Part shown: piece by piece, positions 1 to 15,297 of the stretch | How the letters are laid out: the number at the start of each line of letters is the position of its first letter | Position numbering within the stretch: the first letter of the stretch is position 1 | Source of the DNA: Eledone cirrhosa | Lineage: Eukaryota | Direction of reading: 5' to 3' | Assembly (NCBI GenBank): GCA_964016885.1 | Contig: OZ024743.1 | Location: forward strand, 37,634,001-37,698,000 | DNA length: 64,000 nt | The notes under the pieces: generated by a model | What the model was told of the DNA's origin: nothing | Databases searched by the model: none | The model's input: only the letters and a program-made list of their open reading frames with translations | Program-made: the position numbers and the translations under genes

Positions 1-29
1 TCACAGTTAGTACTGACGTTCATGTGCGA

Positions 30-114
<85 letters not shown>

Positions 115-163
115 ATAAATGGAAAACTATATTTATAAAACCATATTTATTTCATTATATATA

Positions 164-205
164 TTTCGGGGATATCATATTAACAATATGTTATGCCTTC
201 ATCAG
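164..205 (-). ncRNA. Hammerhead ribozyme core in pLTR
   Basis: CTGATGA-stem-GAAA on the minus strand. Confidence 0.65.
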
Positions 206-295
206 ACAAAATACAATATAAACAGTTTTATAGATAAATATATTCGACATACCGTAATAAACATCAACATAACCCAACAATTTTAAATATAACTT

Positions 296-325
<30 letters not shown>

Positions 326-327
<2 letters not shown>

Positions 328-1074
328 TTGTAACCATAGACTCAAAGAGAAGTTTTCGCACTACAAATCGAACCCTTAACCTCTTACTACCAACTGACAA
401 ACTGCACATACTTAGACTTTATACCCTCTTGTTGTATCTAAACCCTTTTAATTACCCACAAAACCAATACATATATCCCCCTCTTCTCCCCCATTCCTCT
501 TCTATTTCTTCGTTTTCTCCCCCCCCCCCTTCTTGGCTATCTTTTCTTTTCTTCTTTCTCACCCCTTTCTTTGCTTTTAATTTTGTCATTATTATCTTTA
601 TCTTTATTTTTATATATATATATATATATATTTATCTCTCTCCCTCTCTATCCACCCCTCCCACTATGATCAATGTAATTCTCTTTAACTCACTACATTC
701 CACGACATGAAGTCTCCTATCAAAACTGACCAAGGAATCCTTCCACCTCTACCCCTCCCTCCATCTCAGTTCGTCACTCTACTTCCTACCTCTCCCCCAT
801 TCCTCTCTCTCTATACTATTCCGTTTGCCCCTCACCTTCTGATTCCTCTCTCTATATACTAGTAAATACAATTCCAAATAAATGTTTTTCTCTATATATT
901 AAGAATTATTTCAAGAGTAACTCACTATTTTGAAAATTTGGACCGTGAACAACAATTATAATTGAGTGGCTGCTATTTTCAGTATAGCAATATATGGTTG
1001 CACTTACCAATGAAACGGTCGTAAATACCTGGATAAAATCCTTCTCTTGATGCTTACCTGTGTTTTCTCTTTTA

Positions 1075-1079
<5 letters not shown>
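326..1079 (+). mobile_element. Third copy of the same Naiad-like 3' end/pLTR
   Basis: Highly similar to 8388-9178; flanked by (TA)n on both sides. Confidence 0.85.
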
Positions 1080-1328
<249 letters not shown>

Positions 1329-2029
1329 AGTAAGAATATTTTCGAAACAGCGAGTTGGTTTGAAATTATTAGAAATGTAAGCTATCGCTGTATTTTGACT
1401 AAAGAAATTAAAGAAATTATTTAGCCTGATAGTGGGGAAATAGAAAAAGATGAGTATTGACGTACATGGGAAATTAACATTAATACCCAGTCATTTTATT
1501 GGACATATGATATTTCTCAAGAAAATTGGATGCCTCCTTACAGCATGTTCGTTCTACTTGGTGTACATATATGTAGATCGGTTTCAATTTTTACTTCTCA
1601 AGTGGAGGCACTTTCTTACGAAGTAAAGTAATTGAATTTAAATTCAATCATTCGGTAGAAATCGATGAAAATAACCAGCATACTAAATCCTGGAATCGAT
1701 ATAGTTGTTATGTCCTCGGAATCTGGATCCACAAATGTAATCATATTTGTATATGTGATAGAGAGCAATTGATTCATACTATTATTACCTTATTTGAAAA
1801 TAAAATATGCACTACACGCTTAAATTTCTGCTTGAGACTATATTTACAATTAAAAATTAGGTGACAGTGGGAGATAAAACCGTCAGGAATTTAGTGTTTT
1901 TGTGAATCTAAAGAGTAATAGAAATTATCGTGGCAAAATATATCGTTGTATTTAGAAGAACTTAACTCCTACCATTTTACAATTAATTCGAAATTTCTTT
2001 GACAAAATCAGTTACAAAATACGCGTTGG

Positions 2030-2650
2030 GGTGCCACTCTAGACGCCTTTGCAGTTAGTCGTCGCCATTGGTCTCTAGCCCCCATCATACGTAGAAGGAT
2101 CTCAGTGTTGTGACCAGTCCAGTCTTTGATGTTGTCGGACCAGGACTTTCTTTGTCAGTCTCGTTTTTGTTTTCTCTCGACTGTGCCCTGAAGGATGGCT
2201 TTAGACAAAGAGTTGGGGTGGTATGACAATACCAGGCAAGTTTCTGACGTTTCATTATTACAAGAAGTGGTTCCTGTCTGCCAGAATATTTGCTAACTTG
2301 ATGTCTGACAAAGCTGTTTCTTTTATGCTCCATGTATGGGATGTGTAGCAACCTTCTGAAGCACTTGTTCTAAAATGACTGGATTCTTCGTTCCATGTCA
2401 GCTGTATGAAGCCAACTCTCACACCCATACAGAAGGATCGAAGCCGCCAAGAACTTGTATTGATTGAGCTTCGTTGGAAAATTGACGGAGTCGCTTTTCC
2501 ATATGACTTCCATCTTTACCATGGCAGAAGTGGCCAAGGCGAGTCTTGTCAATATCTGCTTTTGATATCTGCCATCTTTGGTTCGAATGGATCCTAGGTA
2601 CTTGATGGTGTCCACTTTTTCAAGTCTTCCTCCGTTCAGCATCATGTTAG
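2030..2650 (-). mobile_element. RTE-clade LINE 3' fragment
   Basis: KYLGS, ILLYGCESW, RRIQSF, KRQKLAWY and KSWSDNIKDWTG-like motifs. Confidence 0.85.
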
Positions 2651-4296
2651 GGAGAGAAATAAGACCACATAACGTGACTAGTATGTTATTGTATTGTCCC
2701 TGGTGAAAGTATGAAAGTATTGTTAACCTCTGTAGGAATAGATTTCAGAAAATGAACTGTCTTAATTAAATATCATGAAGTGCTTTATTTGACACTCTGG
2801 CTGCTTTGCTAATTTACCATCCCGATAGAAGTGAATAGCATCTAATGAACAAGAATCTAGAATCTAAAATTCAACCAGGCAAACATACCGGGTAGAGAAT
2901 GCATAGCCTAACCAATCAGATACAAAGACAATATATGCATCGTCACATCCGATTAACATTGCCACGGATTATATAATTACGTTGTCTTCCCTCAGCAAGT
3001 TAAATGCATGAATAACATGTTTTATCATTTCTGACGTGTCAATTGATAACACGTTAATCAGCAGCAAAGACTGCACTGAAAACATTCTCTTGCCTGTACA
3101 TAAACAGTGACGTATTGTGTTAGCAACACGTAAAGATGATTGTAGCTTTTTACAGATATGTTTGATCATGAACCGACGAAGGAACATTTGCGTAAAGACT
3201 GAGAGACATTTTAATTCCAGGAATGAATTTCAAATATATAAAAAAAAATTCGAAGGCATATTTACGCGGAGAAACATCGATATTTTTAGTATACAAGTTT
3301 TTAATTATGTATCATATTCAATTACTATTTTAGTCTCATGTTTCAATACAAAACTTTGTATCGAAACGAACTCTTTAAACACATGGATATACATGCGCCT
3401 ATATATTGAGACCTTTTCCTTACAAGATATAGTAGCCAAAATCTAACTCAAATTGAACCAATACAGAACATTTATCTATATATCTCGGTCTGTCTCTGTC
3501 CCTCACTACCATTTAATCTCCTCCCAATCTTCTACAGCCCCTCTCCCTATATAAATATAAATATATTTATAATACGTATATATGTAGAGATATGTAGATT
3601 TATAGATGTACATTGTATAATACGTACACTACTTCATATCCTTATCTCCCACCTCATTTGTAAGTTCTAGGCACGTAATTCATATATTTCTTACATGGAA
3701 ATATATAATTTAATATAGAAATGGTTCAATGGAAATATTCAGAACAGAAACCATGGTCGCTCCTCTTATTATTAGTATGGTCACTTTTTTTCGCTGTAGG
3801 TATTACAGTCGTATCGTAATTCGTAATCTAATAGCTACTGCAATCAACTTGCATATTTATAGTAATCCCTAGAGAGGCAGAGATAGAGAGAGAGAGAGGG
3901 GAGGGAGAGGTTAAGAGAGGTTGAGAGAGAAAGTAAAGTGAGAGAGACTCGTTCTTCGCGAGATTCAGGATAAATATGCCTAAAATCAAAAATTTATATT
4001 AGATAGTCAGAATCTATTCTTGGTTTAATACTGCGATATTTGAAAAATCTGTTATTTTGCTATATTTAAATATCTATTATATTGTCTTTCCGTATAGCAA
4101 TTTCTGGAATAATACTTTATGGTGCCTACGGAATATTGTGCCGTTTGATGGTATTTCTGATTCTAAATGCGCAAAAGCATCACTTTAACATACGAAAAGT
4201 GTCTATGTAGACTGTAGACTTCAAAGTATTTTATTGCATTACAACTGCATATGTCGAATGGAAGAAAAAATGGGCTCTTGTAATGTTCGAACGTGC

Positions 4297-4491
<195 letters not shown>

Positions 4492-4832
4492 GGCATCATT
4501 GAAAATAGTTAACATTACCACCTTTTTGGCATATATCTGAAAGCATGTTGTGTATTGCAATATATAGAAATATCTATTGACTTTTATATTACTCTCATCA
4601 TAACTGCAAACATCATCATCATTATCATGACCATAATCAATACAGAGTTGGACAAAATACTTTCTGATATTTCTTCCGGCTCTTTGCATTGTGAGATCAA
4701 ATCTAATTGAGGTCAAATTAATCTTTCAGGTTTCGAGGTCGATAAAGTATAGTAGATCCCATTTTTCTAGTTAGACCCCGTCAACAAAATTCGCTAGCCT
4801 AAAATTTATTGTCATAAGAAATTATTATTATT

Positions 4833-5010
4833 TGGATTGGCAGCATCGGTAGAGGATCGGACGCCATGCTTTGACGCATAGATTTACGGCCCTGAGTTCG
4901 AATCCCGCCGAGGTTAACTTTGCCTTTCATCCTTACGGTGTCGATAAAATAAAGTACCAGTAGTGCATTGGGTAATTGCTGGCCTTGTGCCAAATTTAGA
5001 AACAATTATT
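4833..5010 (+). mobile_element. tRNA-derived SINE (octopus-type)
   Basis: A box tggcagcatcgg, B box gagttcgaatccc, body ctttgcctttcatccttacgg..gataaaataaagtaccag, AAT-type tail. Confidence 0.85.
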
Positions 5011-5040
5011 TATATTAGTTTTCAACGGTTTCATGCAATG

Positions 5041-5100
<60 letters not shown>

Positions 5101-5124
5101 ACACACACACACACACGCATACCA

Positions 5125-5171
<47 letters not shown>

Positions 5172-5194
5172 TAGAGAGAGAGAGAGTTAAAGAA

Positions 5195-6445
5195 AGAAGA
5201 GTAACATGGTTGGCTGTACAATAAAGGCTTTATTCAAATTGCTGACAATTGTTTCGTTGATCTATTGCGTCTAGTGTTCGCTAATCGCTTGATGTTGCGT
5301 CAATCGATCTCCAATACGTTGTTTACAACCAGTCAACACATCAGGCCAAGTGGATATGAAAATAATACGCAAGACATGGCTTTTATAGAAGAGTGGTGTT
5401 AAACCAAAACAATAACATCAGTAACAAAATAGCTATATAGCGAATAATTAAAACAATAACATCAATAATAAAACACGCATGTAAATAAACAAAGATGATA
5501 CAGATGTATGAAGTGACATGCGAAATCTAAGATAGGGTACATTAAAAGTAGGTAAAGGAATAAAATAATAAAATCAGATTTTAGGGTCTCAACTGTAAGT
5601 GTAATTATGAAAGATTTAGATACAAATTATGAGAGATTTAGATACAAATGAAAAATTAACAACAATAAAATGGAGATTAATGTATGGTTTGACAGATAAA
5701 TGCTTGTAGTAGATATTTCCTAGTGAGATTGATGGAGGGAGTGTATAGAGATTTATGGTTCTATGGTAGTTGTTATTAAGTGAAATTGTGGATTCAGTAT
5801 GTTAAGGTTTAGGTGGTTTAGTCCAAATTTTGGGATTGTTGGTTCGAATCATGGAGGTTTAAGTGTTGTAACATCAATAACAAAATAGCGTATAATTAAA
5901 ACAATAACATCAATAATAAAACATGCATGGTATATAGATAGAGAATGTGGCGAACAAAATCAAGGATAGGGTACATTGAAATGATAATAATAATAAGAAG
6001 AAAATAAGAGTTACAGTGGAGTATAAAAGTAATAAGATAATGTACTTAGAATTAAGTTCGTCTGTAAGTGTTCCTGGGTGCTAATATGAGATATGTAGAT
6101 ATAATTCTGTGGTCCGAAAGAAGGAACAACAGTAAAGACGAGATTAATTTTTGGGCCGACAAGATAATTGATAAATGTTTGTAGTAGACGATTGTTCCTG
6201 CTGTACTATCTTGATGGTATTGATGGAAGGAGGCTGGAAGAGGTTTACAGAAATTTATGGTTCTGAAGTGGCTGTGTGATAGTGCGGATTTCATACGTTA
6301 AAGTCTAAGTGGTTTTCTATTAATTTTAGGAATGGTGGTTCGAATCACGGTGGTTTACATTTTGTAAATCTAGTCTGCAGAAAATGGACCTTTCTATTTT
6401 GCTGTTAAGCAGTATCCTATCGTACCTTAAAACCATTTACAACAC
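5195..6445 (-). mobile_element. Naiad-like PLE 3' end and pLTR remnant
   Basis: Minus strand ~6370-6440 reads LLNSKIERSIFC, compared with LLNNKIERSIYC near 8400. Its pLTR with a hammerhead-like core is related to 12213-13253. Confidence 0.65.
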
Positions 6446-6630
6446 GGAGTAATCTAACCGGACTACCTATAAGGGGATCACCTATAACGATAACTTGTTA
6501 TCCCATATATATATATATATAAATGAAAGAGTGAGGACCCCAACGGCTGAGCTCCGGCCGTTTCTACAGCTAGATCCGAACTAAGACTGCTGCCTTAGTT
6601 CGGATTTAGATCAACAAATAGTCCTTGTAT

Positions 6631-6661
<31 letters not shown>

Positions 6662-6792
6662 GTATATAGTTAGAGAAGCAAAAAATTGCTTATTGTGATC
6701 CAGTTCTTGGTTAAGAAAGCCAGTTTCATGGATGGTTTCAACGTATGGTTAGGGGTAACTCCACAAGTTTCTAAGAATTCCGTTCAATCTTG

Positions 6793-8662
6793 GAGTATAA
6801 AGCATAAAAGAGAAAACACAAGTAAGCATTAAGAGAAGGATTTTATCAAGGTATTTACGACCGTTTCATTGGTAAGTGCAACCTTATATTGCTATACTGA
6901 AAATAGCAGCCACTCAATTATAATTGTTGTTCACAGTCCAAATTTTCAAAATAGTGAGTAAGTTACTCTTGAAATAATTCTTAATATATAGAGAAAAACA
7001 TTTCTTTGGAATTGTATTTACTAGTAGAGAGAGGAATCAGAAGGTGAGGGGACAAACGGAATAGTATAGAGAGAGAGGTAGGGGGAAGAGGTGGGAAGTA
7101 GAGTGACAAACTGAGATGGAGGGAGGGGTAGAGGTGGAAGGATTCTTTGGTCAGTTTTGATAGCAGAATTCATGTGGAATGTAGTGAGTTAAAGAGAATT
7201 AAATTGATCATAGTGGGAGGGATGGATAGAGAGGGAGAGAGAGAGGGGGGACATATAAAGAGATAAATATATATATATATATATAAAATAAAGATAAAGA
7301 TAATAATGACAAAAATAAAAGCAAAGAAGGGGGTGAGAAAGAAGAGAAGAAAAGATAACCAAGAAGGGGAGGGAAGGAAGGAAGAAAACGAAGAAATAGA
7401 AGAGGAATGGGGGAGAAGAGGGGGATATATGTATTGGTTTTGTGGGTAATTAAAAGGGTTTAGATACAACAAGAGGGTATAAAGTCTAAGTATATGCAGT
7501 TTGTCAGTTGGTAGTAAGAGGTTAAGCGTTCGATTTGTCGTGCGAAAACTTCTCTTTGAGTCTCTGGTTACAATAAATTGATCTTTCGATTTTATTGTTG
7601 AGTAACTTATTCTTCGAACTCGAGATGTGGAACAGCTCAAGGTCGCATAATCGACAGCTTCTCATACCACTCCGATAAGGGGGCGCGTTCGATAATTCTT
7701 TCCATTTCAGGGTGTATTGATGGTTACTTTCCCTCAGTTGCCAGGTCTTGTTCGCAATGGTAGTTACATAACGATGCTGCGAATGTTTCATTGCGTAACG
7801 GTGTGTATACCAACGGGCTTTAAATGATACATGACAACACCAAAAGATACATAACAACACCAAAACGCAAATTTACAACAATAACAATACAATCACCACC
7901 GAACACAACAGAATATCTAATACACAACCACCCGCTAATAGGCAAACAAAACGTAACACACCTATACAGGCATCGCAGCCCACCAATAATGCCAAAGTTG
8001 CCCATGACAATAATTGTAACTGCCACCTACCTGAAACCTGTTCATTATATAATGAATGTATGCAGTCTAACCTGCTTTACCAATGCACAGTGGAATCAGA
8101 CAATCGTAAATGGTATTACATCGGAGCGACTGGGGATACATTTAAAGCCCGTTGGTATACACACCGTTACGCAATCAAATATTCCCAGCATCGTTATGTA
8201 ACTACCCATGCAAACAAGACCTGGCAACTGAGGGAAAGTAACCATCAATACACCCTGAAGTGGAAAATATTATCGAATGCGCCCCCATATCGGAGTGGTA
8301 TGAGAAGCTGTCAATTATGCGACCTTGAGCTGTTCCACATCTTAAGTTCGAAGAATAAGTTACTCAACAATAAAATCGAAAGATCAATTTATTGTAACCA
8401 TAGACTCAAAGAGAAGTTTTCGCACTACAAATCGAACCCTTAACGTCTTACTACCAACTGACAAACTGCATATTCTTAGACTTTATACACTCTTGTTGTA
8501 TCTAAACCCTTTTAATTACCCACAAAACCAATACATATATCCCCCATTCCTCTTCTATTTCTTCGTTTTCTTCCTTCCTTCCCTCCCCTTCTTATCTATC
8601 TTTTCTTTTCTTCTTTCTCACCCCCTTCTTTGCTTTTATTTTGTCATTATTATCTTTATCTT

Positions 8663-8714
<52 letters not shown>

Positions 8715-9178
8715 CTCTTTATATCTCCCCCCTCTCTCTCTCCCTCTCTATCCATCCCTCCCACTATGATCAATTTAATTCTCTTTAACTCACTACATTC
8801 CACATGAATTCTGCTGTCAAAACTGACCAAAGAATCCTTCCACCTCTACCCCTCCCTCCATCTCAGTTTGTCACTCTACTTCCCACCTCTTCCCCCATTC
8901 CTCTCTCTCTATACTATTCCGTTTGTCCCCTCACCTTCTGATTCCTCTCTCTCTATACTAGTAAATACAATTCCAAATAAATATTTTTCTCTATATATTA
9001 AGAATTATTTCAACAGCAACTTACTATTTTGAAAATTCGAACTGTGAACAACAATTGTAATTGAGTGGCTGCTATTTTCAGTATAGCAATATAAGGTTGC
9101 ACTTACCAATGAAACGGCCGTAAATACCTGTATAAAATGATTCTCTTAATGCTTACCTGTATTTTCACTTTTATACTA
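6793..9178. mobile_element. 5'-truncated Naiad-like PLE with inverted duplicate of its 3' end
   Basis: Plus arm ~7825-9178 encodes CNCHLPETC..LLYQC..YYIGAT..FKARWYTH..CQLC..LLNNKIE..CNH. Minus arm 6793-7824 mirrors 8140-9178. Confidence 0.88.
8003..8443 (+). pseudogene. GIY-YIG endonuclease domain of Naiad-like PLE
   Basis: CxCx5Cx5C linker, LLY...YIG, FKARW, CxxC and CNH motifs. Confidence 0.85.
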
Positions 9179-9191
9179 TATATATATATAT

Positions 9192-9228
<37 letters not shown>

Positions 9229-9339
9229 GTTTGTTGAGATACAACAAGCACAATATCCAGGAGTTTCCAACCAGAATGGTTGCATTTTTTCAAGGTATGT
9301 CAATATTTATTTATAAAACTAACCTATATTATATTTTAT

Positions 9340-9381
9340 CTGATGAAGGTGCACCATAGTTTGCTTTGGTGGCCCTTGAAA
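9340..9381 (+). ncRNA. Hammerhead ribozyme core (inverted mutated copy at 10119-10160)
   Basis: CTGATGA aggtgcacca..tggtggccctt GAAA. Confidence 0.7.
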
Positions 9382-9435
9382 TATGTATAATGAAATAAAT
9401 ATGGTTTTATAAATATAGTTTCCATTTGTTAATAT

Positions 9436-9535
<100 letters not shown>

Positions 9536-9745
9536 TAACAGATTAAAGTTTAAGTGAAGAATCGCTGCTTTCACCCTTAACGGGATCTTCTGAAACTAAA
9601 AAAGTCAATCTGTGAACGCAGAAGTAAATATTTCAAAAACCGTTGCAACTGGAGGAAGACAGGAAGACGATACTTTGGTTCGTGGAAACGTTGCCTGGCA
9701 AAGAACGGAAAAAAACGATAATACGTCATTATTTGGAGTGGTGAA

Positions 9746-9867
9746 TTCTGAGTTCAAATCCCGCTGAGGTTAACTTTGCCTCTCATCCTTACGGGGTCGA
9801 TAAAATAAAGTACCAGTAATGCACTGGGTAATTGCTGGCCTTGTGCCAAAAGTAGAAACAATTATTT
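9746..9867 (+). mobile_element. SINE, 5'-truncated
   Basis: Same body as 4833-5010. Confidence 0.85.
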
Positions 9868-10397
9868 GGAGTGGTGAAAACAATTACACGCAAAGACAAA
9901 ACCACGTTTATGGTATAAATGAAGTCGTAGACTAATATTCTATTAGGTGGTTCAAGGAGACGTTCTCTGGCAATGAACGGAAAAAGCGAAGATACTACGT
10001 CATTATGTGGATCAGTGAGAAAAATTGCACGCAAAGACAAAATATATATATATATATATACAATATATTAACAAATGGAAAGTATATTTATAAAACCATA
10101 TTTATTTCATTATACATATTTGAAGGGCCACCAAGGCAAACTATGGTGCGCTTTCATCAGCTAAAATATAATATAGGTTAGTTTTATAAATAAATATAGT
10201 TTCCATTTGTTAATATATTGTATATTTACTCCAATAATTTGTTGAGTGCTTTATATCAGTTATAAAAATATTTTGCATGTTGTATCCCAACAAATTAAAT
10301 ATAACCTCTACATATATATATATATATATATATAATTTCTGATTTTTGCCTTTCGCTTCGCCTTTCCTGCCCGCCGAAAATGCGATTCCCGCTGAAT

Positions 10398-10450
<53 letters not shown>

Positions 10451-10976
10451 AATACAGATTCAGCGAGAATCGCATTTTCGCCGGGCAGGAAAAGCGAAGC
10501 GAAACGCAAAAATCAGAAATTATATATATATATATATACCTGAACAAATTATTTTTTTAAAAATAAATATACAAACAAAGGACACAGAACTCCAGGGTCA
10601 TTGGCCGTTGAGATGGACTATAACAGTTTCGATGCTACTACTGGTCCACTCGGGGTCTGAAATAAGCCAAACGATATCCAGTGTAGTAAGAGACAAGAGA
10701 CAAAATACGAATTCATAGCAATGAAATTACAACAATTAAACATGGAATTTTATATGATGTCAAGTAAAAAGTGTGGTGTCTCTTATCGTAGGAGAGTCAT
10801 AAGGGACACAAAAGAAAAAAGGGAGACAAAAGCAAGAAGAATGTCAGATCGTGTTAAAAAAATGTAACCCATTGCAATAATTGGGGGAGAAGAGATAACA
10901 TGTATGCCACATGTATATATGCACACACACCCTCATATATATATACATAGATACACACACACATATATATATATGT

Positions 10977-11042
<66 letters not shown>

Positions 11043-11811
11043 TTATATATATATATATATAAATATAGAAAGATTTGAATGGATACAGTTTAGTTGAAAG
11101 GAATTTATTGACACGTGTTTCTATAACAGTTACATAACCTAAAACAGCTATCTACAAACTTTTAGTTATGCAGACATTCAATATTTCAATGTTATTATTT
11201 ACTGTCATTTCATCAGAATAATATTACTGAGGACCTATTTAGTTTTTATAGAGAATATTAGGAGGGAGGGGTGAAGTTGTTAGAAGAATAGTTGAAGGAG
11301 TGGTTTTTCGATAGCAGTGAGAATTCTTGGTGGCAGTGAGTAATTAGATTCCCATCTGTTGTTTTGACATTTTTTATAGAATATATTATTGGTTATTTTT
11401 CTAAATCTATAGAAGGATTAGAGATAGTAAAGATATGCGTGGTTGGTTTTGTGTTTGCACTTAATTAACATTCAGACTTAAATTTTTCTTTCAAGTGTAC
11501 GTATCCTTTCACCCACGCATTCACACACAAATATATTTGCACACCTCTACAAAATACATATACTCACAATTCACATATTCATACTTACATATATATACAC
11601 ATGCATACACATATATATACACACATGTATTCATATACATACATACGCGCTCATGTGTATACATTTTCATACTCAACTTATCTTTATATACACACGTATA
11701 GACACACTCATATATACATACATACTCTAGTCCATGTGTACACACATACACATACTTACACATCCATATACACATATATACATACATATATATATATACA
11801 TACATACATAT

Positions 11812-11870
<59 letters not shown>

Positions 11871-12212
11871 CACATATACATACACATACATATACACATA
11901 TATACATACATATATATATATAAGCACTTTAATACATGAATACACTTACATCTAACTATACACATCAAACATATATATATATTTACTTATTTATATATTT
12001 ATATATAAATATATTTATATATTTACTTGTCATCCCATATATATATAAATATATATATATGGGATGACAAGTTATCGTTATAGGTAATCAAGTTAGAGGT
12101 TGTGAGTTCTCTGCGTCGTGGATAGTTTTAACGTACGGCTTTTTTTTTACTCAACAAGACGCTTCCATAGTTATGCAGCGAGTTCGCGGTAATATTTATG
12201 CAGGTTATACTT

Positions 12213-12656
12213 GGAGTAATAATAGTTAAAGAATGAAGATTAACATTGTTGATTGCACTAGAAGGGCTTTATTTAAAGTACCAACAATTGTTTCGTTGAT
12301 CATGTGGGTCTAGAGTTCGCTAATCGCTTGATGTTGCGTTATTCGATCTCCAATACATTATTCACCTATGGTCAACACTTCAGAGCATGTAGATATGAAA
12401 ATAATTCACTCGAGGCAAGATTTATAGAGGGAAATACCGTATAATTAAAGCAATAACATCAATAATAAAATAGCGTATAATATAAACAATAACATCAATA
12501 ATAATTCATGTATGGTAAATAGGTAGAGAAGTTACAGATGTAAAAAGTAAAAGTAGAGTAAAAGATAGGGTACATAAAAAATAAGAAAATGAGAGAATGG
12601 AAAATATAAAGAGATAAATAACGCAACATCAAGCGATTAGCGAACTCTAGACCCAC

Positions 12657-12727
<71 letters not shown>

Positions 12728-12753
12728 CCCACATGTATATATATATACATGTG

Positions 12754-12808
<55 letters not shown>

Positions 12809-13253
12809 GTGGGTCTAGAGTTCGCTAATCGCTTGATGTTGCGTTATTTATCTCTTTATATTTTCCATTCTCTCATTTTCTTATTTTTTATGTACCCTAT
12901 CATTTACTCTACTTTTACTTTTTACATCTGTAACTTCTCTACCTATTTACCATACATGTATTATTATTGATGTTATTGTTTATATTATACGCTATTTTAT
13001 TATTGATGTTATTGTTTTAATTATACGCTATTTGTCTATATAAGTCTTGCCTCGAGTGAATTATTTTCATATCTACATGCTCTGAAGTGTTGACCATAGG
13101 TGAATAATGTATTGGAGATCGAATAACGCAACATCAAGCGATTAGCGAACTCTAGACCCACATGATCAACGAAACAATTGTAGGTACTTTAAATAAAGCC
13201 TTTATAATGCAGCCAACCATCTTAATCTTCATTCTTTAACTAGTATTACTCCA
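12213..13253. repeat. ~1-kb palindrome of PLE pLTR arms around a (TA)n/(GA)n centre
   Basis: 12213-12660 is the reverse complement of 12806-13253 with few mismatches. Confidence 0.88.
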
Positions 13254-15297
13254 ATATATATATATAAACGTATGTATAACTATTATTACTCCAATATATA
13301 TATATAAACGTATGTATTGGACTCCTGTGATTCTCATGACGCTAAAGATATAAACTTAAAGCACAAACTCAACTAACATTTCTAGCAGTAGTTTGAGCGA
13401 CCACGTAGAAAACAGAATATGCGCATCTTGTGGATTTGGATGAAAAACGCTTTCAGTTGTCTGTTGTTCGATTATGCTTACGTCTTTCTTTCTATGAGCT
13501 AGTGTTTTTTACATTGACAAACAAATATATCATAACCGTTTTCATGCCCTTTCAATTAAAAACAAAGGTGAGAGTAAATTTATGTAACGACAGTTATTAG
13601 TAGTCAGTTATACATCGTCAAATAACAATTTGTTGGAGATGATCTAATATCTCCCGGTAGAATTTGAAAATTATCAAGTTGACAGCATGATGTATGATTT
13701 CAAGGATTGTTTCTAATTGTTTTGTATTGTGATAATTACCCGAGCATGATGTTGGAAATTGATACCGCGTATTTTGTTTTTTATCGCACATCATATTAAT
13801 CAATACAAAAGTATATTTTTTATTATATTTTTATCTGTTCACTGTTTTATTTTTTTTTTGTTATGTATTTATCAATTTTAATTCTAGAGTATCGCATAAT
13901 GAAAAAAAGAAGACTTAATTATCAAAAAATTATATATACAAAGAAATTGAAAAATCTGTCTTCTATTTTATTTTTACATCAAACATTTCAATTTTTTCTC
14001 TCAATTATTCTGCCTCACTACATTGTTCGCATTAAAGAAAAACATGTAATTATTATTATTGTTATTATTAATATTAGCATTGTTATTAGTTTTTTGTTTG
14101 TTTGTTGAAGTGTGCGGACATCTCCGAGAGATAGCTCCGCAAAAAAATTGAATTTATCACGTAGCACATGATGAAAAGAGGTTTTATTATTATCATATTT
14201 AAAACTGTTTGTTAAAACAATCTAAAGACAATCGAGTGCTTTGGAAACATTTGAATGTTCTCCCCCTTTACTTTGAAGGAGAAAATAATGGATTGTATTT
14301 TGGATATTCATATTTTATTTTTGCCAAAAAATATTTGTGCACTAGTCATTGAAGAGGGCGTCTTTTTCTGGGTGTAGCCGTAAACGATGTTAGCCACCAG
14401 TGATGTAACACGGAATACGTCCTGAAGAATTTCGATAAAATCTTTGAAAAGTATAACAGTATTTAAGAGATAAAAAACATAAGAAAATGACAATAATTTC
14501 AACAAGCATATTTAAAAGATATGTATCCTTTATCAACATTTCAAATAAGCTTAATCTTTAGACTTTTCGACCTACAGAGGCAATTTTCGGAGCAAACATT
14601 CGTTCGTCTCTCGAAAAAAGGAATATATGGGAATTATAAATTACAAGAGTTAGTGATTCTTGTACACAGAATATATTGTGGGATGGGGAAGAAGGAGAGC
14701 AATATAATTCAGGTTTTCACAACTAGCTGGCTTGCATGTGCCATCAAATAAAGAGTTGAATAATATCATGGTCGATATGTGGCATTATGTATTTTACATA
14801 AATCGTGGTGAGGTATACGGAATCGTCTTTAAAAAAAGGACTAGGTGACATGACAGGCGGATACTACAGTATATGGGAAAATTTGTCCTTATGATCAGAA
14901 CCAGGCATATTGTTGATATGTGCTCTCAATTCGCCGCCATGTTTGTCTTATAATAGGAACAGTTAGTGAATGTTACCGGAGGAAAGGAAGTTACTTTTAC
15001 AGGTTTAAGAATACAGACACCTGATTTTGCCATGAAGAAAAAAATGTTTATACCTATTGCTTCGGTGATTGGTAAAGGGTGTTATACGCATCTCCAGAAG
15101 TGTTATCTATGGTTGAATTAGTGCAAGTTAAATGATAACCATTGCCAGAAAATATATGTTTTACATTACGTTTTAAACTTACCATTTATCACATCTATAT
15201 GCATATCTAAATATGTTATAAGGACGTTTTTATGGCACAGTTTGTATTGCCCTTGGAGCAAATATGTCATTATTATTAATATTTTGTTAAGGATGAA

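Noticed and set aside
4833-4912. Functional tRNA genes at SINE heads
   Set aside because: No complete cloverleaf; they continue into SINE bodies.
13770-15240. Possible decayed integrase or transposase
   Set aside because: Only a faint AYN..H.SIG-like trace on the minus strand; no supportable ORF or termini.
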